From positions 13,351 to 77,350 of the forward strand of contig CABUUD010000001.1 of NCBI GenBank assembly GCA_902494585.1: 64,000 nucleotides of DNA. The letters are read 5' to 3'. Below, one piece after another: positions 60,201-64,000 of the stretch (positions within the stretch are counted from its first letter, which is position 1; every line of letters starts with the position of its first letter). A program made the position numbers and the translations under genes. The notes under the pieces are model-generated. The model was not told the origin of the DNA. It did no database searches and saw only the letters and a list, made by a program, of their open reading frames with translations. This stretch comes from an uncultured Collinsella sp. Lineage in GTDB: Bacteria > Actinomycetota > Coriobacteriia > Coriobacteriales > Coriobacteriaceae.

Positions 60201-62677
60201 AGTGTATAGCTGGGGTCTCGGCTTACGCGGACCTCAACCGTGGACCCATCGGCGACCTGCTTGTTTTCGTACCAGCCCAGGAAGCGATACCCATCGGGCA
60301 GCTTGCCGCCCTCGGACAGGGGCGTACCGTCCGTGTCGCGCACCTGTACCGTGTAGACGCTGGTGCCGTCCCCGGCAGTCTGGACGTCGACTTTGGTTTT
60401 GCCAACGCCGTCACGTAGGGTCTCATTGTCGATTTTGTCCTGCTCATTGCCCTCGAACACCGTCATGATGTTCGACACGTAGTCGCTGTACACGGGATAG
60501 AAATCGGTGGGGCCGACCACGGCAATCTCGCTGCCCACGGGATAGAATGCTCCCTTGTTTTTCAGATCAGCCAGCTGATCTGAGGTAATGGCAGCATAGG
60601 CGCCATTCATGCTCTTATCGGCATTCGGCTGCGTGGTCCATCCAATAAACGTCGCGGTAGGCGGCAAGCCGCCGCGATCCGCGGGGGCAGCGGGCGTCAA
60701 ACCGACGCCATAGCGGTACCAGTCCGTAGACTGATCGTGCGCCTTGCCGTCTTTCCAATTGAGCATCTCGCCCTTAACGTTATAGAACAGCACCTGCGCC
60801 TCGTATGAAGCGATAAAGAGGTCATTGCCCTTGAAGCCCTCACTCTCGGCATGATCCTTGCCGTTGTCGGCAGTGTAGATAGACGTCGCCTCGTGCTTCG
60901 TGTTGTCCTGAACGCGCTTGCCATCTTTCACCGCAGCGTCATCGGTCTTGCCGTCAAACCAGCTGTTGTCTTGTCCAATTCGATTCGCACGCACATCGCG
61001 CTCGCGGAACCAGCCCATAAAGCGGTAGCCGCCGTTCGCTTCGCTCAGCCCCGCAGGCTTTGCGGAGGTATCCTGCCTGAACGTCACCGAGGTATCGCCC
61101 TGGGCCAAGCCCTGAGCAGTTCCCGCCAGCACGGCACTCACGGCAAAGGCGTACGGATCCGTGGTCGCCTGGTCTTTGCCAAGTTTGGTCTTCTCGATTG
61201 TCGCGGTACCCGCGCCGGGAAAATCAATCGTCGCCTTAACGCTCTGGCCATGCACGGGGATATTCAGCCTGTAATCCATCGCCCACTCGTTGGCATGCGA
61301 ACCGCCAAGGGCCTCATCGTTAGCGGTCGAGCGCATGGTGCCGGCGCAAAAGTCATAGTCGTGCTGTTCCCACAGCTCGCGCGTGGTGTAGCGCTCGTCA
61401 TCCCACGGGCCGTAGCCGTCGCCCTTGGTGGTACCGTCGCCGCCAAACGAGGGGATCTTCTTTTTGGCAGGATTGCCCTGGCTATTGCCGGAAAGGCTCA
61501 CACTCGGCTTAAAGTAACATTCGGTGACCGTGGCATCGCCCTTGTTGGCGCGCGCAGCAATACCGCCCAGGTTCACGTCGTTTTGGATGATGGGGATCAC
61601 GGCGATGGGGTTGTACTGACGCGAGCTCAAGTCACCCGCAAAATGGCTGCGGACGAGCTCGTTGCCCTTTTCAGTCAAAATACGGCCCGCCAGGCCACCC
61701 GTCCACGCGCGCGTCACGGCGACAACACCCACGTACGACGCGGCATAGCTGTAGCACTGCGCCGTCGAGAAGCAGTCGATGATCTTGGCGTCGCCCGCCA
61801 TGCAGCCCACAAAGCCCGAGGCGTACACGTTGTTGCCGCCCAGGGCGCCGACGGCCACATCGTATTTATTGGTGACGTCGGTCATGCCCTTCTCGGCAAT
61901 CGAGCCATCCTCGTTGCGCGTAGGCGTCACGCGGCAATACTCGATGGTCGACTCCTTAACGTAGCCGGCAAACGCCGCCATATACAGGCCCTCGCCACCG
62001 ATTGCCTGTACGCCCGAAGTCGTGTTGTTAACGGCGCGGCCACCACGGACCTCGCAGTTGTAGAGTGTGCAACCATCGAGCTCGCCGGCAATCAATCCAC
62101 CCTCAAAGCCCGCGTTAGTAATCACGTTGAGCATGTTGTTGGCGCACGTAACGTGCAGGGTGCTCTCCATGACCATAACGTTTTCGAAGTGTGTTTTGAC
62201 GGCCTTGCCCACGATAATGCCGCCGCGGAAGTCAGCCCAAATGTTGGCGTCCTCGACAAGGAAGTTCTTGATGGTGGCGCCGTCGGTCTCAGCAAAGAAG
62301 CCCGTATCGCGCTCGGGGTCCAAGACCTTATTCTCGTAGTTCAGGCCCTTCACGGTATGGTTTTGACCGTCAAAGACGCCCTTAAAGGGATGTTCTTTGG
62401 TGCCAAAGGAGAGGTGCTTGACTGTATCCGCAACAATGGCGTTCATATCATCATCGTTAAGAACGATATCGTTATCGAGATAGACGCGCCACTGCGATGT
62501 GTCGCGCTGACGCGACAGCGCGACACACGCCAAGAAGTCGTTCCTGTTTGTGATATGGAATTCGGTCTGTTCCTCGGCATGCGCTGCCGCCGGCAGCACC
62601 ATAACGCAGCAAAGGGCAATCGCCGCGACGGCAACCAGCTTGCTGAGCACACCTCGGTTTCTGTTCTTGATCTCCAT
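57212..62677 (-). CDS. 1821-aa secreted adhesin-like protein with repeated GYxFxGW modules
   Basis: Signal peptide (AAAHA-E); PFKGVFDGQNH followed by a GG-rich beta-helix-like head; repeated F.GW motifs; no LPXTG. Confidence 0.85.
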   Translation of the reverse strand: MEIKNRNRGVLSKLVAVAAIALCCVMVLPAAAHAEEQTEFHITNRNDFLACVALSRQRDTSQWRVYLDNDIVLNDDDMNAIVADTVKHLSFGTKEHPFKGVFDGQNHTVKGLNYENKVLDPERDTGFFAETDGATIKNFLVEDANIWADFRGGIIVGKAVKTHFENVMVMESTLHVTCANNMLNVITNAGFEGGLIAGELDGCTLYNCEVRGGRAVNNTTSGVQAIGGEGLYMAAFAGYVKESTIEYCRVTPTRNEDGSIAEKGMTDVTNKYDVAVGALGGNNVYASGFVGCMAGDAKIIDCFSTAQCYSYAASYVGVVAVTRAWTGGLAGRILTEKGNELVRSHFAGDLSSRQYNPIAVIPIIQNDVNLGGIAARANKGDATVTECYFKPSVSLSGNSQGNPAKKKIPSFGGDGTTKGDGYGPWDDERYTTRELWEQHDYDFCAGTMRSTANDEALGGSHANEWAMDYRLNIPVHGQSVKATIDFPGAGTATIEKTKLGKDQATTDPYAFAVSAVLAGTAQGLAQGDTSVTFRQDTSAKPAGLSEANGGYRFMGWFRERDVRANRIGQDNSWFDGKTDDAAVKDGKRVQDNTKHEATSIYTADNGKDHAESEGFKGNDLFIASYEAQVLFYNVKGEMLNWKDGKAHDQSTDWYRYGVGLTPAAPADRGGLPPTATFIGWTTQPNADKSMNGAYAAITSDQLADLKNKGAFYPVGSEIAVVGPTDFYPVYSDYVSNIMTVFEGNEQDKIDNETLRDGVGKTKVDVQTAGDGTSVYTVQVRDTDGTPLSEGGKLPDGYRFLGWYENKQVADGSTVEVRVSRDPSYTLPADVDLTVLHTYTARFEYRVDYYVRAYTNHGFTDSKLLCSVWNRYQTPFEENLGSTFVRENVVHWGPEHVDHGIKNRYDETCDTRFTKETLVVSPLNAYSHNVKNDKGADTLKDLYADTDFPGAATLSDTWTSASLNVTVKLVNDRYRLNFWTLERGNGCWTYVKNPIESTMLDLDTKYYVRAMITTDVNFYNKDNTILKAATRRYESNLLQNKVNGSDPTYTYYYPHVNTSVEATGDPQDEPTGSYESPLTLESSPTDAEMAVPGYKFLGWISTAEVKKDSAVWKYIYDVANDPYVTSNPEKAAPYLATPDSKVTKCQDAYPVYAKYDVNYTTNLHRAGFEGTSEVNVPRYDITPALNADTDPATATVTPDTETTVYKSGSERYKLDRVEIELPNGEVKELKSNDNNSYSYQVKPGGVYTFVAYYSPLAVVYHLNAKDVDGKVAQKGDMLGNLDGGIPKPTYDVSTIDADTGGAFNVFVGWTEAQPAPGKGYVAWSEGISMVSASTVVRAPMELYPVYRPSLVTVQSNIDSKLANPDLVRSLGRADSGDQISLEVKAAEEVEGTDGTKYDFVGWSRDYVNDGQYSLMTDDEKYPLEGSEPFESVTYTAVYKIAPHKVRYHGVDGSVIFTATVDSDDERATGAGFVHDVDVPKMDEGGNPVFDDKGDPVMEQKSVAYDPDAYSKIVAQLDGRAATSGDVRELFLEWRYVGADGTAKSWNGFKGEPITGDMDLYPVTYRVTANDTSDAANPVAMTAKLKWLLDPTAANTVDDNADKAPFKVCFAEPFMGTQLTVTVKQASYGPNASVTEEPVNGKLVSLYSLGSGNGSFDLANRLDSKTTGEGEQGDGNAVFDFAKTHALTIVKKTTDANAMGQTFRFKVTKTAEGASPETRVAEVKVDKRQQENGETWYVGSVQFAAPTGIYTVEEDTAWAWRYEGELSTPGKAPGKSAELTISSASSAGDTVVTCVNTRAKDKWVDGGSRAKNVWENGTLRRED

Positions 62678-62680
62678 GGG

Positions 62681-63328
62681 CTAGTTCGCCTCCGGCCAGC
62701 CCGCGGCGTCGAGCACGTCGAGGACAGTATCGTTTGCCTGCTGGTTTTTGGCCTGCACGGCCTGGACGTCGATATCGAGTTTGAATGAGCCACCGCGCGC
62801 GGCATCGTTGTAGTCGCCCACAAAGCGCAGCGAATCCATGAGACTCTCCGTCATGGCACCGGGGTCGAGCATGCCGCCACGACCAGCCAATCCGCGGTAG
62901 TAGTACCACCCATCGCCGCCATCGATCCACGGGGACCCCTCGCCCGCGTTCACGTGAAAGGCGACGTTGCCCGAGGCATCCGCACTCGTACCGTCGGGTG
63001 CCACTGACGTCATGCGCAGACGAGCGCGAACGTACTCAGGCTGCGCGCCGGCGTTCTCCACGCGCACAATGCGGCTAATGTCAGAGCCCCCGGCCTTGGT
63101 GTCGGGATAGCCCCCGTGCTCGTCAGCCTCAAACGGAATCTCCTCGCCCTGCTCGTTGAGGGTGTATTCGCAGACTCGTACCTTCACGCTGCCAAACGAT
63201 AGAACGTTGTTCGCCGGGACCATATCAACGGTAAAAGCCAGCGTGCCACACAGGCACGCCAGGGCAAACAGCGCCATCGCGGCAAGCGCCAAGGTGCGTT
63301 TCTGATTGTCGGAAAGATTGTTGAGCAT
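62681..63328 (-). CDS. SipW-type signal peptide protein (TasA-like minor subunit)
   Basis: GTLA-FT...NVLSFGSV; VENAG..YVRA; DGWYYY; VQAVQ. Confidence 0.8.
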   Translation of the reverse strand: MLNNLSDNQKRTLALAAMALFALACLCGTLAFTVDMVPANNVLSFGSVKVRVCEYTLNEQGEEIPFEADEHGGYPDTKAGGSDISRIVRVENAGAQPEYVRARLRMTSVAPDGTSADASGNVAFHVNAGEGSPWIDGGDGWYYYRGLAGRGGMLDPGAMTESLMDSLRFVGDYNDAARGGSFKLDIDVQAVQAKNQQANDTVLDVLDAAGWPEAN

Positions 63329-63359
63329 TACGTTCGCCAATCGTCGATCAAAGGGGGAT

Positions 63360-63406
63360 CGAGATCCCGACCCGAATATAGGGGTTGGGGAGCGGGTCGG
63401 GATCTC
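63360..63406 (-). other. Intercistronic stem-loop
   Basis: CGAGATCCCGACCCG...CGGGTCGGGATCTCG, 15-bp stem. Confidence 0.7.
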
Positions 63407-63425
63407 GGTGGAAGGGGTGGGATTA

Positions 63426-63998
63426 CTACAGACCGTTAGCCCAATCCCTGGCAGCAGCCAAGGCAGACGCAGACGAACCCTCAGGGGTCCCGTCTGCCGC
63501 GTAAATGAAGCAGTTGACATCCATCGTCGCAGGATTGGAGAAATCCTTTTGCTCGGTCTCCTTGGGCGTAGTCACCTGGCTGAACAGCTCGCCAGTCCAC
63601 TTATCCTCAGTCTTGCTGGCAATAAGCGGAGTAGCCTCGGTTCCTCCGCCAATATAAACAAAAAGGCCACCGAGATAATGAGTCGGCTCGCCCGCAACGG
63701 TGCTCGCATCAACGGCCTGCCAACCAGAGTTAATGGTGAAGTAAGTCGTCTTGGAATCATCGGTCCCGGCAGGCGCCGTCTTGTTGTTCACGAAGACGTA
63801 CACATATGCATCCTCGGATCCCTTGCCGATACCGACATTAGGATTCTTGGCAACAGACACGCCGGGGGCGAGCTTAGAGTCCTTAACCCACTTGGTCTCG
63901 GTCAGGTTGCCGTTGACCTTATCGGGGTCAGTCGGAATTGGCTGCCCCGGTTTGTCGGGATCGGTAGTTGGCTTGTTGATGCCCGCAGTGGTGAAGTT
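63426..63998 (-). CDS. TasA-like fibre subunit, probable major subunit (5' end beyond window)
   Basis: Frame open to the window edge: NFTTAG...LTETKW...KLAPGVSVAKNPNV...DAYVYV. Confidence 0.75.
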   Translation of the reverse strand, partial: NFTTAGINKPTTDPDKPGQPIPTDPDKVNGNLTETKWVKDSKLAPGVSVAKNPNVGIGKGSEDAYVYVFVNNKTAPAGTDDSKTTYFTINSGWQAVDASTVAGEPTHYLGGLFVYIGGGTEATPLIASKTEDKWTGELFSQVTTPKETEQKDFSNPATMDVNCFIYAADGTPEGSSASALAAARDWANGL

Positions 63999-64000
63999 GT

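Noticed and set aside
1..64000. tRNA, rRNA, integrase, transposase or prophage genes
   Set aside because: None recognised by eye

Overview
High-GC actinobacterial chromosome segment. Gene content and style suggest Coriobacteriaceae/Collinsella-like (inference). It begins with the housekeeping run prfA-prmC-(hicAB)-tsaC/sua5-glpK-upp-atpI-like-atpB. Next come an amino-acid ABC transporter with an M20 peptidase, then a prenylated-FMN aromatic-acid decarboxylase cluster (LpdD/IDI fusion, SLC13 permease, LpdC-like UbiD, UbiX, MerR). The middle holds two convergent AAA+ ATPases, pdxK, MarR plus a heterodimeric ABC exporter, a LysR-SDR-MFS-Gfo/Idh/MocA cluster, tex, an Asc-family PTS/transaldolase/DeoR locus, rlmKL, kup-kdpDE, a nitroreductase and an LTA-synthase-like protein. 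The right end carries a SipW/TasA-like surface-fibre operon. Best leads: (1) a TasA-like pilus in which a 1821-aa adhesin ends in a mimic of the subunits' N-terminal donor strand and a sortase-tagged TasA-like protein may be the base; (2) an LpdD chaperone fused to a type-1 IDI/Nudix domain beside UbiD/UbiX; (3) triple 33-bp-period arrays directly upstream of both AAA+ genes; (4) several dispersed structured repeat families with compensatory base changes. All family assignments come from motifs recognised by eye; no searches were run.
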